A DNA stretch of 64,000 nt from an uncultured Candidatus Saccharibacteria bacterium (GCA_964607655.1 CAZSKX010000001.1:363010-427009); one strand, 5' to 3'; positions 1 through 9,686 are shown, numbered from the stretch's first letter. The notes: generated by a model from the letters alone, not told the origin. Translations and numbers: made by a program.

Positions 1-224
1 GGTCGCTCAGGGCCACCTGCCGGACGTTCGCGTGCTCGTCGAGACCGGCCGTAGCGTACTGGAGATACAGAAGAAGATACCCGATGCAGAGAAAACTGAT
101 GCTCAAATGACACCTCCTTGCGTGCTGTCCGCGTAGCGCGAGCTCCATTGCTCACGCACGTCTGGATTTACTATACGCTATATAAACAGACTGTGTCAAG
201 TTTCGACGATGCTGCAGCGCCAGT

Positions 225-839
225 GTGGGATACTGTTTGGACATGCCAGAAATGCCTGCGATGTTGGCTCCCCTCTTCGCGCTTCTCGACAGCTCAAAAT
301 ATGCCTTGATTTTTATCGGCTGCTACGTCGAGGGATCGACCGTGATGATGACCACCGGCCTCCTCTGGCGCGTGGGGACGATGAGCTTCTGGCCAGCGTA
401 TCTCACGCTCGTGGTTGCTGACGTGCTCTCTGACATCATGTGGTATTTCGTCGGCCGCTACGGTGCAGGCCCCTTTGTAAACCGCTGGGGCCACTGGTTC
501 GGCGCGACACCCGAGGTAGTCGCGAAGGTAAAGCAGCGTTTTCACCACTACCACACCAATATCCTTATTATCTCTAAGCTCACGATGGGTTTCGGCTTCG
601 CCGTGCCTGTGCTTGCCGTCGCGGGGATGCTCCAGGTGCCCCTCAAGCGCTTCGTGCTTATCAACACGCTCGGGAGCTTCGTGTGGGTACTCGCCAACAT
701 GGCCGTCGGCTATTACTTTGGCAACTTCGTCGTCGACATCCCGCGCGAGTTCCAGATCGCCCTCCTGATCGCCCTCCCGATACTTTTCTTCATCGCGATC
801 AAACTGCTCTCCAATAAGCTTCAGACTGTGGACTGGTAG
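225..839 (+). CDS. DedA/SNARE-associated (TVP38) family inner-membrane protein
   Basis: 204-aa ORF with several hydrophobic helices and a DedA-like glycine-rich core (FVGRYGAGPF); it ends 1 nt before the next gene. Confidence 0.5.
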   Translation: MGYCLDMPEMPAMLAPLFALLDSSKYALIFIGCYVEGSTVMMTTGLLWRVGTMSFWPAYLTLVVADVLSDIMWYFVGRYGAGPFVNRWGHWFGATPEVVAKVKQRFHHYHTNILIISKLTMGFGFAVPVLAVAGMLQVPLKRFVLINTLGSFVWVLANMAVGYYFGNFVVDIPREFQIALLIALPILFFIAIKLLSNKLQTVDW

Positions 840-840
840 T

Positions 841-1560
841 ATGCTGCTCTCGATCGTTATCCCCACACGCGAAGAAGAAAAGGCGATCGCACAAACGATT
901 GCGCAGTTTAAAGACGCGCTCACGATCCCCCACGAGATCATCGTCTCAGACGCGCGCAGCAAAGATCGTACCGTCGCGATCGCGCGCGAGACCGCCCACG
1001 TGGTGGTCGTGTTCGACGGCACCAAGCACACGGCCGGGATCGGCCGCAACGACGGCGCCAAAGTCTCCCGTGGCGAGTTTGTTGCCTTTGTTGATGCGGG
1101 AGTCGAGATTCCCGACCCTGCAGCCTTTTTCGATAGGGCACTCGCCAACTTTAGCGACCCAAAGGTGGTGGCCGTGTGCTGCGCTCAGTGGGCCTTCCCT
1201 ACCATCGAGACCTGGGCTGATCGACTGTCTCTAGGATATCTCAACTTCGTGGTTCGCCTGCAGAACAACTTTCTGCATAAAGGCGAGGCAAACGGCAAGT
1301 TCATGCTGGTCCGGCGAAGTGCCTTTGACGCCATAGGCGGCTTCCGCGAAGACCTACATACGCGCGAAGATGGCGACTTCTTCTACCGTCTTTCTCGTAT
1401 GGGCCACACCGTCTACGACCCGTCCCTCGCGATCTACCACGCCGCGCGACGTGCCCACGAGATCGGGTGGACACGACTATGGTACATTTGGACTGTGAAC
1501 TCGATCTACTTTGCTCTTACCAACAAATCTCCAGTTGAAGACTGGACCCCTATCCGCTAA
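841..1560 (+). CDS. Family 2 glycosyltransferase
   Basis: N-terminal LSIVIPTREE motif, a DxD-like FVDAG and an ED motif (GT-A fold hallmarks); 239 aa. Confidence 0.65.
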   Translation: MLLSIVIPTREEEKAIAQTIAQFKDALTIPHEIIVSDARSKDRTVAIARETAHVVVVFDGTKHTAGIGRNDGAKVSRGEFVAFVDAGVEIPDPAAFFDRALANFSDPKVVAVCCAQWAFPTIETWADRLSLGYLNFVVRLQNNFLHKGEANGKFMLVRRSAFDAIGGFREDLHTREDGDFFYRLSRMGHTVYDPSLAIYHAARRAHEIGWTRLWYIWTVNSIYFALTNKSPVEDWTPIR

Positions 1561-1561
1561 C

Positions 1562-2230
1562 ATGAGCCGCTTCGACGACATCATCCAGGGACTCAGCGAC
1601 CGAGCATTCCTTGAATCGCTTCTTTTTGGCGTTCTTGCTATTCTTCTCTCCCTCGTGAGCGTGCACTACTCAGCTGAATACGCCACAAACGTCTCGAGCA
1701 ATCACGTTGCCGACATTATCTTGAGCAATGTCCCTGCCTACGATGTGAGTATTCTCTTCACTTGGGGCGCTTTTGCCGCAGTGCTCTTTTCTATTTTTAT
1801 TGTTATTTTTCTCAAGTTCCGTGCCGCGCCATATATCTTAAAGAGCGCAGCGCTCCTCTTGATTGTCCGCTCCATCTTCGTCTCGCTTACGCACATTAGC
1901 CCCTATCCCTCGAAGATCGAACTCTCGCCCTACTTCCTCTCTTCCACAACGCTTGCTCAAATGTTCTTCACGGGTGACGACCTCTTCTTTTCCGGCCACG
2001 TAGGACTCACCTATCTTATGGCCTTGTTACTTTGGGACACTCCGTGGCTGCGCTACACCTATCTCGCTATCTCGGTCCTGTTTGCCGTTGTGGTACTCCT
2101 TGGCCATCTCCACTACTCGATCGACGTGTTTGCCGCATACTTTATAACCTACACGGTATACACCATCTCGATGCGGATGTTTAAAGCCGACTACGCACGC
2201 GCAACCCCCACCCTAAAGAAAGCCGATTAA
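1562..2230 (+). CDS. Polytopic membrane protein, possibly PAP2-like phosphatase fold
   Basis: The ATG (MSRFDD) follows the GT2 stop directly. There are ~6 TM helices plus SGH and H-YSIDV motifs reminiscent of the PAP2 superfamily. Confidence 0.35.
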   Translation: MSRFDDIIQGLSDRAFLESLLFGVLAILLSLVSVHYSAEYATNVSSNHVADIILSNVPAYDVSILFTWGAFAAVLFSIFIVIFLKFRAAPYILKSAALLLIVRSIFVSLTHISPYPSKIELSPYFLSSTTLAQMFFTGDDLFFSGHVGLTYLMALLLWDTPWLRYTYLAISVLFAVVVLLGHLHYSIDVFAAYFITYTVYTISMRMFKADYARATPTLKKAD

Positions 2231-2898
2231 GTGCGTGGATCAGACTTCGGCCACTCGACGAGTCGCCCTGCTTTACGCTCCATCTGGTCTGCCTTACGCA
2301 GATACCGTCCGTGACCCTTAGGGACAATCTTCTCGTGTGGCAGCTGGTCCAGCCTGCGCGCGATCTCCCAGAGATCTTTCTTTGCGGTAATCCAATCTAC
2401 CCCGAGGGTACGTAGGTCAAACGGTTCACTATACGACCGCAGCGTTTTCTCACCCGTAGTGTTCATAAACCATTCGTGGAAGTACGAGAGCGCGAGTTCG
2501 CGCGCTGTGCGATAGATAGGATCGCGAAATCGGAGTGCCGCATGGTTGGTCTTACTGATGGCGCCCCAATATTCCCCGCGCTTGTAGAGCGCGATAACAT
2601 GATCGAAGTCCCCACTCCCAGGCTTCACCTTTAAGTCCATAATTACCGGCGGTTCACCGGCGATCCAGAGTGCCGTCGCCGCAAGAAGAGCTCCTTCGAT
2701 GCAGTGCGCCTTCCGCATCTTTAGCACCGCCTGAGGCGAACGGTGCGTCTCACCGTCTTTCTCCCAGTTCATCGCTAGCGCGTCGAGGAAGTCTTGGATC
2801 TTGATGGGCGTCGAGAGCTGCTTAAGCTTTTCATACTCACCGGGGGTAAGACCTGATTCGGCACAGGACAGACGCTTCATGCCTCTAGCATAACGCAA
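2227..2898 (-). CDS. Hypothetical protein (possible transglutaminase-like Cys-His-Asp fold)
   Basis: 223-aa ORF with a candidate C (AHCIEGALL)...H...D triad spacing. There are no TM segments. The alternative start MKRL is at 2880. Confidence 0.3.
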   Translation of the reverse strand: MRYARGMKRLSCAESGLTPGEYEKLKQLSTPIKIQDFLDALAMNWEKDGETHRSPQAVLKMRKAHCIEGALLAATALWIAGEPPVIMDLKVKPGSGDFDHVIALYKRGEYWGAISKTNHAALRFRDPIYRTARELALSYFHEWFMNTTGEKTLRSYSEPFDLRTLGVDWITAKKDLWEIARRLDQLPHEKIVPKGHGRYLRKADQMERKAGRLVEWPKSDPRT

Positions 2899-2930
2899 AA
2901 ACGCGGCGCCCTCGGGGCGCCGCGTTTTTA
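2896..2930. terminator. Bidirectional rho-independent terminator hairpin
   Basis: The sequence aaaaacgcggcgccc-tcgg-ggcgccgcgttttt has a GC stem flanked by an A-tract and a T-tract. Confidence 0.6.
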
Positions 2931-2937
2931 TCTGAGT

Positions 2938-3510
2938 TTATTTATTGAGCGCGAGGTTGCTGCCACCGCCGGTCACGATCGCTGCGAGCTCTGCTTGGGT
3001 CTTAGGGAGATTCCCCATCTTGGCAGGATCAAGGCGACCAACGACACGGATCGTCACCCCCTGACAGACGCCGAGAATATGGCTGGCGTTTATAGTGCGC
3101 CCATCGCGGAGAATGTAGTTAGCCCTCGTACTGAAGAGCACGTCCACACGCTTGGTAAAGCGCTGGTGCATCGTGTCAGCGATGACGCGATACCCCATGA
3201 TGGGACTCACGACATCGTAACCGCAGTTGTTCTGCTTATCGGTTGGGCCATCAATCTCAATGATCGTGCCGAACGGGAGCTCCTCCTTAAGATCGCGGCT
3301 CCGTGCCGCGACGATCTCAGGATTTGAATACGCACCCGAGGCAGTCACCATCGGGTCCCCGTCAGTCTGCTCTGGAACCGCATTATACGCGGTCATCGCG
3401 ACTTCAAGGGTGGGTCCTACCGGGGCCGTAGGGGCTTCCGCCGGAGCGGGAGTAGACACTACGGTGCCCGATAAAAGCAAAACGGCCATTAAGGCCGGTA
3501 ATATAGGCAT
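2938..3510 (-). CDS. Secreted 3D-domain (MltA-like/YuiC-like) cell-wall-associated protein
   Basis: N-terminal signal peptide; the MTAYNAVPEQTDGDP...ASG segment resembles the 3D domain with conserved Asp residues. Confidence 0.4.
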   Translation of the reverse strand: MPILPALMAVLLLSGTVVSTPAPAEAPTAPVGPTLEVAMTAYNAVPEQTDGDPMVTASGAYSNPEIVAARSRDLKEELPFGTIIEIDGPTDKQNNCGYDVVSPIMGYRVIADTMHQRFTKRVDVLFSTRANYILRDGRTINASHILGVCQGVTIRVVGRLDPAKMGNLPKTQAELAAIVTGGGSNLALNK

Positions 3511-3635
3511 TGAATTGATTGACCCAAATAGCTAATAACTACTTGGATATTCCGAGCTTAGCATATTGACATTTCCCTGTCAAGCTGCCGTAATGTTGAC
3601 TTTTTAGAGTTTTCTGGCCCCTGACTCGGCCTCTG

Positions 3636-4205
3636 CTACTTCCCTTTTTCCCCCAGACGGGCGACCTTTCGAAACCAGCGCTCGCGAGTACGTTCTGAAG
3701 CCCGCTCCGAAGGGCCGAAAAGGGTCGACCGGGCCCGTACGCCGGCGAATCGGAGGATTGCCAACTCGAGCGTGGTGGTCGGCGACCCGTACATAAAGCG
3801 CAGGAGCCAAGGCGCGGTGTTGGCGGTAGTGATGATTCTACCGGTACGGCCACTCATGAGCTTTTTCCAGGTGAGCCCGTGGTCGGCGAAGTTAAATGCC
3901 ATGTGTGGTAGCCACGCACGGTCAAAAAGGCCTTTAAGCTGTGCGGGCATCGTGCTCCACCACGTGGGATACACAATCACCACATGATCAGCCCAGCTCA
4001 CATTCTCGAGGAATGCCTTCAGATCAGGCTCAAGCGGCTGAATCTTCTTATACCCCTCGTGGAGAATCGGGTCGAACGCCATCTCGCCAAGGTTCTGGCG
4101 ACGAACCTCATACCCAGCAGCACGCGCGTTGGTCTCGTAGCAGTCGGCAAGTGCTCCCGAGAGCGTCTCTCGGTCGCTGTGGCCGAGGAGGATGAAGATT
4201 TTCAT
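3636..4205 (-). CDS. Flavodoxin-like NAD(P)H dehydrogenase (quinone) family protein
   Basis: Starts MKIFILLGHSDRETLSG and contains VIVYPTWW, which matches the Flavodoxin_2 / NAD(P)H oxidoreductase pattern. The in-frame ORF extension upstream is probably spurious. Confidence 0.6.
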   Translation of the reverse strand: MKIFILLGHSDRETLSGALADCYETNARAAGYEVRRQNLGEMAFDPILHEGYKKIQPLEPDLKAFLENVSWADHVVIVYPTWWSTMPAQLKGLFDRAWLPHMAFNFADHGLTWKKLMSGRTGRIITTANTAPWLLRFMYGSPTTTLELAILRFAGVRARSTLFGPSERASERTRERWFRKVARLGEKGK

Positions 4206-4711
4206 CTGCGGCGCCTTGGTGCTCCCACCACGCGGCTCGCGTAGAGGACAATCGCGAAGAGGACGAGTGCTGCGATAAACGCAGCGAAGCCGGCTTGGAG
4301 TGAAGCGATCGGGAGCATGCCTAGAGTGAGGTACGCGAGGAACCACCATGCCGCAAATGCGATCATCGACCCGCGCGTAAAGGCGACCGTCTTACGAGCC
4401 ATCCCCCAGGTCGCACCGATGATGATAAATGCGAAGATCATCAGGAGCCAATAGCTCGCGGTCATACCCGGCTGCGGCGTCGCCTCGTTCACATAGGCGG
4501 CGACTACGAGCCCAAAGGACGAGAGCAGAACGGTCGTCATCCCGAAGCGCAACCCTCGGTGAATGGCCTCGAGGTGCTTGTGTTCAGCACGGTCTACCTT
4601 ACCATCGCGCATCGCCTTCGAATACGACAGCTCGCCCCAGACGGCTGACCCGGCACCCAAAATAGCTCCCAGCGCTTGGAATATAACAAGAATTGTCGTT
4701 AGAGTTTCCAT
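4202..4711 (-). CDS. Hypothetical membrane protein
   Basis: 169 aa with 4-5 hydrophobic helices; a 4-nt overlap with the downstream flavodoxin-like gene suggests an operon. Confidence 0.4.
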   Translation of the reverse strand: METLTTILVIFQALGAILGAGSAVWGELSYSKAMRDGKVDRAEHKHLEAIHRGLRFGMTTVLLSSFGLVVAAYVNEATPQPGMTASYWLLMIFAFIIIGATWGMARKTVAFTRGSMIAFAAWWFLAYLTLGMLPIASLQAGFAAFIAALVLFAIVLYASRVVGAPRRRR

Positions 4712-4725
4712 AAGATATATAGTAA

Positions 4726-4953
4726 TTAGCGCATCAGTGCGCGTAACTCCTCCTGATATTTTTTCATAACCTCCATACTCGCTTTCATCTCGCTCTCGCC
4801 GCCCTTTTTACGACGCTCGATTTCTTCTCCGATCTTTTTGAAAAGCTCAGGATTCTTGGTCACGAGCGCCATCATCTGCTCACGCTGGGCCTCGGGAAGG
4901 TCCTTGAGCTTATGCTTCACATACTGATTCAGAATAAAATCTTTCATTCCCAT
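4726..4953 (-). CDS. Small hypothetical protein (75 aa, K/E-rich helical)
   Basis: ORF with plausible composition; no recognisable motif. Confidence 0.3.
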   Translation of the reverse strand: MGMKDFILNQYVKHKLKDLPEAQREQMMALVTKNPELFKKIGEEIERRKKGGESEMKASMEVMKKYQEELRALMR

Positions 4954-5000
4954 AGCTGTATGGTATCACGCGCGTTTTCCAGAAGGCGGCATTATCCCGG

Positions 5001-5420
5001 TCAGCGAAGACGCGGACGCAGAAGGATTCCGCGGATGGTTCTGGTGGTGAAGTAGAGCGCAATAAGCGAGATGAGCGCGAGCGCCTCTACATAAATAAAC
5101 GAGGGATCGATGATGTTTGAGCCCTCCCGGAAATGAGTAATCGCGTAGCGACCAAAGAGGAGTGTTCCCACAAAGGCAAAGAACGCATTGACCCAGTGGA
5201 TCCAAATCTGGTTGGGGTTCGTGATACCCGCCGCGATGACGAGCAACGCAGCCGCTAAGACTGCCGCGCCCGTAGAGAGCGGTAGGTCAGCGCCCGTTGA
5301 TTGGGCAAAAATTGTGATGAGGGCCCCAACAAGGAAGAGCACCTTTACCTCGTCCCCGTGATAGTGAGGGATCGTGTGGCGCGGAGGCACATTGTTCGGA
5401 CCCATGTTTTCGGGAGGCAT
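5001..5420 (-). CDS. Hypothetical membrane protein
   Basis: 139 aa with three hydrophobic helices. Confidence 0.35.
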   Translation of the reverse strand: MPPENMGPNNVPPRHTIPHYHGDEVKVLFLVGALITIFAQSTGADLPLSTGAAVLAAALLVIAAGITNPNQIWIHWVNAFFAFVGTLLFGRYAITHFREGSNIIDPSFIYVEALALISLIALYFTTRTIRGILLRPRLR

Positions 5421-5477
5421 ACAGGGAGCTTGGCCTGTCGCAAGACAAGCTAACGTACCGTTAAGCGAGTAAAAGAC

Positions 5478-5636
5478 CTACTTCGCCTTGGGGAGGATCT
5501 TGTACATCCCCGTACCACAGACGCTGCACTTACCCTTAGCCGCTGGGCGACCTGGCTTAATCTCTACCATCTGTACGTCCTCCATTTCGCGCTTCTCCTT
5601 GCACTTCACACAATATCCAATCATTTTGTCATCCAT
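5478..5636 (-). CDS. Small zinc-ribbon protein (two CxxC pairs)
   Basis: Core MDDKMIGYCVKCKEK...CSVCGTGMYK has a CxxC...CxxC arrangement. Start taken at the internal ATG; the longer ORF extends into the next gene. Confidence 0.45.
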   Translation of the reverse strand: MDDKMIGYCVKCKEKREMEDVQMVEIKPGRPAAKGKCSVCGTGMYKILPKAK

Positions 5637-5700
5637 ATAGGTGAAGCATAGCACGTATTCCGCACCCGCAAGTACCGAGGGCCGGGAGGGGTTGATAACT

Positions 5701-6798
5701 CTACCCCGCGATTTTGAGAGCTTTTTCGAGCGCTTCAGCAAACCTCAGCACCTCCCGGTGACGCACACTTGGACCCCACGAGATGCGCAGGGTGCTCTTG
5801 GCGCGCGCCGAGTCTCCCGTAAGCGCGAGTACTGCTCGTGAGCCATGCTCGGATTCTGTCTCACAGGCACTACGTGTCGACACCGCAAAGCCAGCCTCAT
5901 CGAGAAGCGCGACGAGATAGTCCGTATCGCGATCAAGAAGCGAAATGTTCAAAATATTGGGCACTTGATCATGGCCCTCATTCACGAGAGCTTCGGGAAT
6001 CCTTCGTGATAGCTCGGCGACGAGCTCAGCGCGCGAGAGAGCAGCGCGCGCAGCAAACTCTTCCCTCTCCTTCACCGCGAGTAGAAGACCCTCAGCAAAG
6101 AGCTCAGCCGCATACGGCACCTCGCTCCCGGGGCGAAGCCCTCTCTCCTGCCCACCACCACGATAGAGGGGCTCAAACGGAATCGTCCGATGTGCCACCA
6201 GCAGCCCAAGCCCTCTCAGGGGAGTCACTTTCGAAACATCAAAGGTAAGCATGTCAGCGCCAAAGTGACTCCTGGTGACCTTCTCGGTCAGTGGAGCCTG
6301 GCTAGCGTCGACGTGCACCACGACGTTCTTCTTGTGCAGGAGATCAGCGACTTCGCGCGTATTCCAGACCATACCTGTCTCGCCGCAGACCGCGTCCATC
6401 GATGCAAAAATCGTATTCGGGGTGATGAGCTGACTTAAGGCTGCAACGTCGATTCTGCCTTCACGAATCGGCATCGCCTCGACAATAACCCCCTCTCCCT
6501 TAAGCAGCTGCATGTTCTCAACCACCGAGGCGTGAGCGCTCGGCAAGTAGAGCACGTGCGCGTTATTGCGGTGCCGCTTACGCGCCACGCGCACATAACC
6601 CAAGATCGCGAGCGCATTCGCTTCGGTAGCCCCACTCGTAAAGACAATATCGTCGGCCTTCACCTCTAAGAGCCGCGCGATCTTCTCCCGCGCAGCCTCA
6701 AGCCGTGCCTTTGCAGCGCGCCCCTCGGCATGTGGCGAGCTCGGATTCCCGCTTACGCCCGCCGCGGCGTCCAAGTAAACGCGTTTATTGCCAAACAT
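5701..6798 (-). CDS. Cysteine desulfurase (class V aminotransferase, IscS/NifS family)
   Basis: SGATEAN, a PLP-lysine region (DASQ...) and the catalytic STRSACE Cys loop; ~365 aa. Confidence 0.8.
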   Translation of the reverse strand: MFGNKRVYLDAAAGVSGNPSSPHAEGRAAKARLEAAREKIARLLEVKADDIVFTSGATEANALAILGYVRVARKRHRNNAHVLYLPSAHASVVENMQLLKGEGVIVEAMPIREGRIDVAALSQLITPNTIFASMDAVCGETGMVWNTREVADLLHKKNVVVHVDASQAPLTEKVTRSHFGADMLTFDVSKVTPLRGLGLLVAHRTIPFEPLYRGGGQERGLRPGSEVPYAAELFAEGLLLAVKEREEFAARAALSRAELVAELSRRIPEALVNEGHDQVPNILNISLLDRDTDYLVALLDEAGFAVSTRSACETESEHGSRAVLALTGDSARAKSTLRISWGPSVRHREVLRFAEALEKALKIAG

Positions 6799-6857
6799 GC
6801 GCTGATTGTACAAGAATGATTGCAATTAGGCCATTTTTGTGATGAAATAGAGCCACT

Positions 6858-8321
6858 ATGGCGCGGGACACACGACCGCCCGTCATCGCGGTGATGGGCC
6901 ACATTGACCACGGGAAGAGCTCTCTTCTCGACTACATCCGCAAGGAGAACGTGGTCGCAGGCGAGGCGGGGGGTATCACCCAGCACGTCTCGGCATATAT
7001 CGCTGAGCATAACGGCCGCGCCGTCACCTTCCTCGACACACCGGGCCACGAGGCCTTTAAGGCGCTGCGCGGCCGCGGCGCGGCCGCGGCCGACATCGCG
7101 ATCCTGGTCGTCGCGGCTGATGAGGGCGTCATGCCCCAGACTCTCGACGCCCTTGCTGCTATCACCGAGGCCAAGATCCCTTTTATCGTCGCCATCACCA
7201 AGATCGACAAGAACAATGCCGACGTCGAACACGCCAAGAACTCGATGCTGGAGAAAGGCATCTACCTCGAAGGTCTCGGTGGTGACATTGCCTACGCACC
7301 TATCTCGAGCAAGACGGGCGAAGGCATCCCCGAGCTTCTCGACCTCGTCTTACTCTCTGCTGACCTGCTCGAGCTCACGGCCGATCCTGACGCTCCCGCT
7401 ACCGGATTTGTTCTTGAGTCAACCCAGAACCCCAAACAGGGCGCGTCAGCGACCCTTATCGTCAAGGACGGAACGCTCCGGCTCAGCTCGTTTGTCGTCG
7501 CTGGAGACGCGTACGCGCCCGTACGTTTTATCGAGAACTTCCTTGGCGAACGCGTCGAGGTCGCCGGCCCTTCAGCACCCGCCCGTGTCTCTGGCTTCAG
7601 CTCCCTGCCTGCAGCAGGGTCGCTCTTCAGCATCGTCGAGAGCAAGAAAGCGGCTGAGGCGCTCGCCAAAGAGAACAGGGTCGCCCCGATCGCTCTCCAA
7701 GCAGCCGCAGCTGAAGGAGCCGCTGAGCTCCCGCTTATAGTCAAGACTGACGTCGCGGGCTCAATCGACGCGATCGCCCACGAGCTCGCGAAGATTACGC
7801 ATGAACGCGCTGAGATCCGCCTGGTGGCCTCAGGTGTGGGTAGCGTATCCGAGGGCGACGTAAAGACCGCCATAGCCACAGGCGGCACGATCATCGCGTT
7901 TAATGTAGGAATCGACAGCATCGCCCGAGACCTGGCCGATCGTGGCCATATAGCCATTCTTCCATTCTCGATTATTTACGAACTGTCTGAAAAGGTGGCT
8001 GAGTTGCTTAAAGAGAAGGCGCCGATTATCTCGATCGACAAAGAGCTCGGTCGGGCTAGTGTCGTCAAAGTATTTTCAAGTACCTCTAAGAAGCAAGTCA
8101 TGGGCGCACGCCACGTCTCAGGAGCCCTTACCGTCGGCGATCGGGTGAAGATCCTGCGCGGCGGAGAGGAGATTGGCCGAGGTTCGATCGGCAATCTCCA
8201 ACAGGCGCGCTCTGACGTTAAAGAGATTCATACCGAAGGGACCTTTGGTACCGAGATCGAAGCGAAGGTCGATGCGACTGCGGGTGACGAGCTCGTCGCC
8301 TTCGTCGTAGCACAGTCATGA
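6858..8321 (+). CDS. infB: Translation initiation factor IF-2 (short form: G-domain, beta-barrel, C-terminal domains)
   Basis: [12 protein letters not shown] (G1), DTPGHEAF (G3) and NKID (G4); followed by rbfA as in the conserved operon. Confidence 0.85.
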   Translation: MARDTRPPVIAVMGHIDHGKSSLLDYIRKENVVAGEAGGITQHVSAYIAEHNGRAVTFLDTPGHEAFKALRGRGAAAADIAILVVAADEGVMPQTLDALAAITEAKIPFIVAITKIDKNNADVEHAKNSMLEKGIYLEGLGGDIAYAPISSKTGEGIPELLDLVLLSADLLELTADPDAPATGFVLESTQNPKQGASATLIVKDGTLRLSSFVVAGDAYAPVRFIENFLGERVEVAGPSAPARVSGFSSLPAAGSLFSIVESKKAAEALAKENRVAPIALQAAAAEGAAELPLIVKTDVAGSIDAIAHELAKITHERAEIRLVASGVGSVSEGDVKTAIATGGTIIAFNVGIDSIARDLADRGHIAILPFSIIYELSEKVAELLKEKAPIISIDKELGRASVVKVFSSTSKKQVMGARHVSGALTVGDRVKILRGGEEIGRGSIGNLQQARSDVKEIHTEGTFGTEIEAKVDATAGDELVAFVVAQS

Positions 8322-8668
8322 AGTCGCTCCCCGACCCAAAGCCACAGAATTGGCATAGCGAACGCGCGACCGAAGCGATCGCTCACGCAGCTGCAGAGTT
8401 TATACGAGAAGAGGCGGGCAACAACTCGCTCATCACCGTCACTCGTGCCCAGCAGATAAGTAAGGGTGATCGTGTGGTGGTGTTCGTTAACGTTTTCCCT
8501 GAGGACCAATTAAAGCCCGCACTCGCCTTCCTCGATCGTAAGCGGCAAGACTTTTCAAATTATTTGAAGGCGCACGCACGCCTCGGCCCGCTCCCCCGCA
8601 TCGAATTCTTACCCGACAACGGGGAAAGCGAGCTCTTTGCCGCTATCGACGAGAGTTTACGTAAATAA
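8318..8668 (+). CDS. rbfA: Ribosome-binding factor A
   Basis: 116-aa KH-like protein overlapping the infB stop by 4 nt; classic infB-rbfA synteny. Confidence 0.7.
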   Translation: MKSLPDPKPQNWHSERATEAIAHAAAEFIREEAGNNSLITVTRAQQISKGDRVVVFVNVFPEDQLKPALAFLDRKRQDFSNYLKAHARLGPLPRIEFLPDNGESELFAAIDESLRK

Positions 8669-8669
8669 T

Positions 8670-8744
8670 TGGAGGCCTGGGCGGGAATTGAACCCGCGCA
8701 TCGCGGTTTTGCAGACCGCTGTGTTACCACTTCACCACCAGGCC
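8670..8744 (-). tRNA. tRNA-Cys (GCA), CCA encoded
   Basis: Hand-folded cloverleaf: acceptor GGCCTGG/CCAGGCC, anticodon loop CTGCAAA, T-arm GCGGG-TTCAATT-CCCGC. Confidence 0.8.
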
Positions 8745-8786
8745 GTGCTTACAGAATAGCAGAGAAGCTGATATCATAAAAATCTT

Positions 8787-8875
8787 GTCGGGATGGCGGA
8801 ACTGGTAGACGCACAGGACTTAAAATCCTGGGAGGGCTTAAAAACCTCGTGTGGGTTCGACCCCCACTCCCGGCA
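8787..8875 (+). tRNA. tRNA-Leu (TAA), long variable arm
   Basis: Acceptor GTCGGGA/TCCCGGC, anticodon loop CTTAAAA, long variable arm and T-arm GTGGG-TTCGACC-CCCAC. Confidence 0.8.
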
Positions 8876-8970
8876 CAAAGCGGAGCTTTTTGAGTGAGGG
8901 GTCGAAGGCCGGAGCAGCTTGGCTGCGAGGCGGGGTCGCGCAAAATCTCAGCAGAGATTTATGTGTGACC

Positions 8971-8988
8971 GACCCCCACTCCCGGCAC
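8971..8988 (+). repeat. 18-bp direct repeat of the tRNA-Leu(TAA) 3' end (gacccccactcccggcac)
   Basis: Exact copy of 8859-8876, located 112 bp downstream. Confidence 0.85.
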
Positions 8989-9103
8989 TAATGCACGCAT
9001 GAGAGAAGGCACTTGGACAATACTTTTTAGTACTTGACAAATAGCCTACTTTGTAGTAGGCTACAATAAACTTCTGAACACCCAACACCCGTAAGGAGGG
9101 GTT

Positions 9104-9313
9104 ATGGATGCAGTGACTGCTCTTTTCAAGATGGCGTTGGTTCTCTGGGTCATGGCGATTGGCTTCGCGATGATCCTGCGTGGACCGACTGGCGCGCTGA
9201 CCACTTTCCAGTGGCCACTCGCCAGAGGATTCCGATTGGTTCGTCGGATGATCGGATCGCTCCTCGTGAGCATCGGTCAGGCGATTCATCCAGGACGCCG
9301 CCAGCGCCACTAA
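9104..9313 (+). CDS. Small membrane protein (69 aa)
   Basis: Strong SD AAGGAGG 4 nt upstream of the ATG and a hydrophobic helix; lies within the tRNA cluster. Confidence 0.45.
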   Translation: MDAVTALFKMALVLWVMAIGFAMILRGPTGALTTFQWPLARGFRLVRRMIGSLLVSIGQAIHPGRRQRH

Positions 9314-9407
9314 ACCAACCGTCCCCCCACCAGAAAGCCGTGGGAGGACGGTTTTCGATTTTACCAATACTAGACCTTGGCTCCGGCTCACACAAAGCTG
9401 TGCCTTG

Positions 9408-9489
9408 TGCTGGGAAGAGGACTCGAACCTCCATGGGTTGCCCCGCTAGCTCCTAAGGCTAGTGCGTCTACCAATTTCGCCATCCCAGC
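9408..9489 (-). tRNA. tRNA-Leu (TAG)
   Basis: Acceptor GCTGGGA/TCCCAGC, anticodon loop CTTAGGA, variable arm and T-arm GGAGG-TTCGAGT-CCTCT. Confidence 0.8.
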
Positions 9490-9528
9490 GTGTTTACACA
9501 ATACTATAGTTTGCTATATTTTCATTAA

Positions 9529-9601
9529 GCGCCTATAGCTCAGTTGGTAGAGCAGCTCCCTCTTAAGGAGACGGTCCCAGGTTCGAGCCCTGGTAGGCGC
9601 A
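9529..9601 (+). tRNA. tRNA-Lys (CTT)
   Basis: GCGCCTA...TAGGCGC acceptor stem, D-arm GCTCAGTTGGTAGAGC, anticodon loop CTCTTAA and T-arm CCAGG-TTCGAGC-CCTGG. Confidence 0.85.
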
Positions 9602-9686
9602 CAAAAGAACAGCGCTCGCGTGCAATTTTTTATATTTATGGCATAATCGCGCACAGACCCATCTGCGGGGAAAGGAGGACCTTGCC

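Noticed and set aside
294-1148. 284-aa minus-strand ORF overlapping the DedA and GT2 genes
   Set aside because: It is antisense to two well-supported genes and has an Arg/Ser/Pro-rich composition typical of spurious frames in high-GC DNA.
6904-7957. Long ORFs 6904..7740(+) and 7292..7957(-) inside infB
   Set aside because: They lie in alternative frames of a highly confident IF-2 gene, with a low-complexity S/R/P/A-rich translation.
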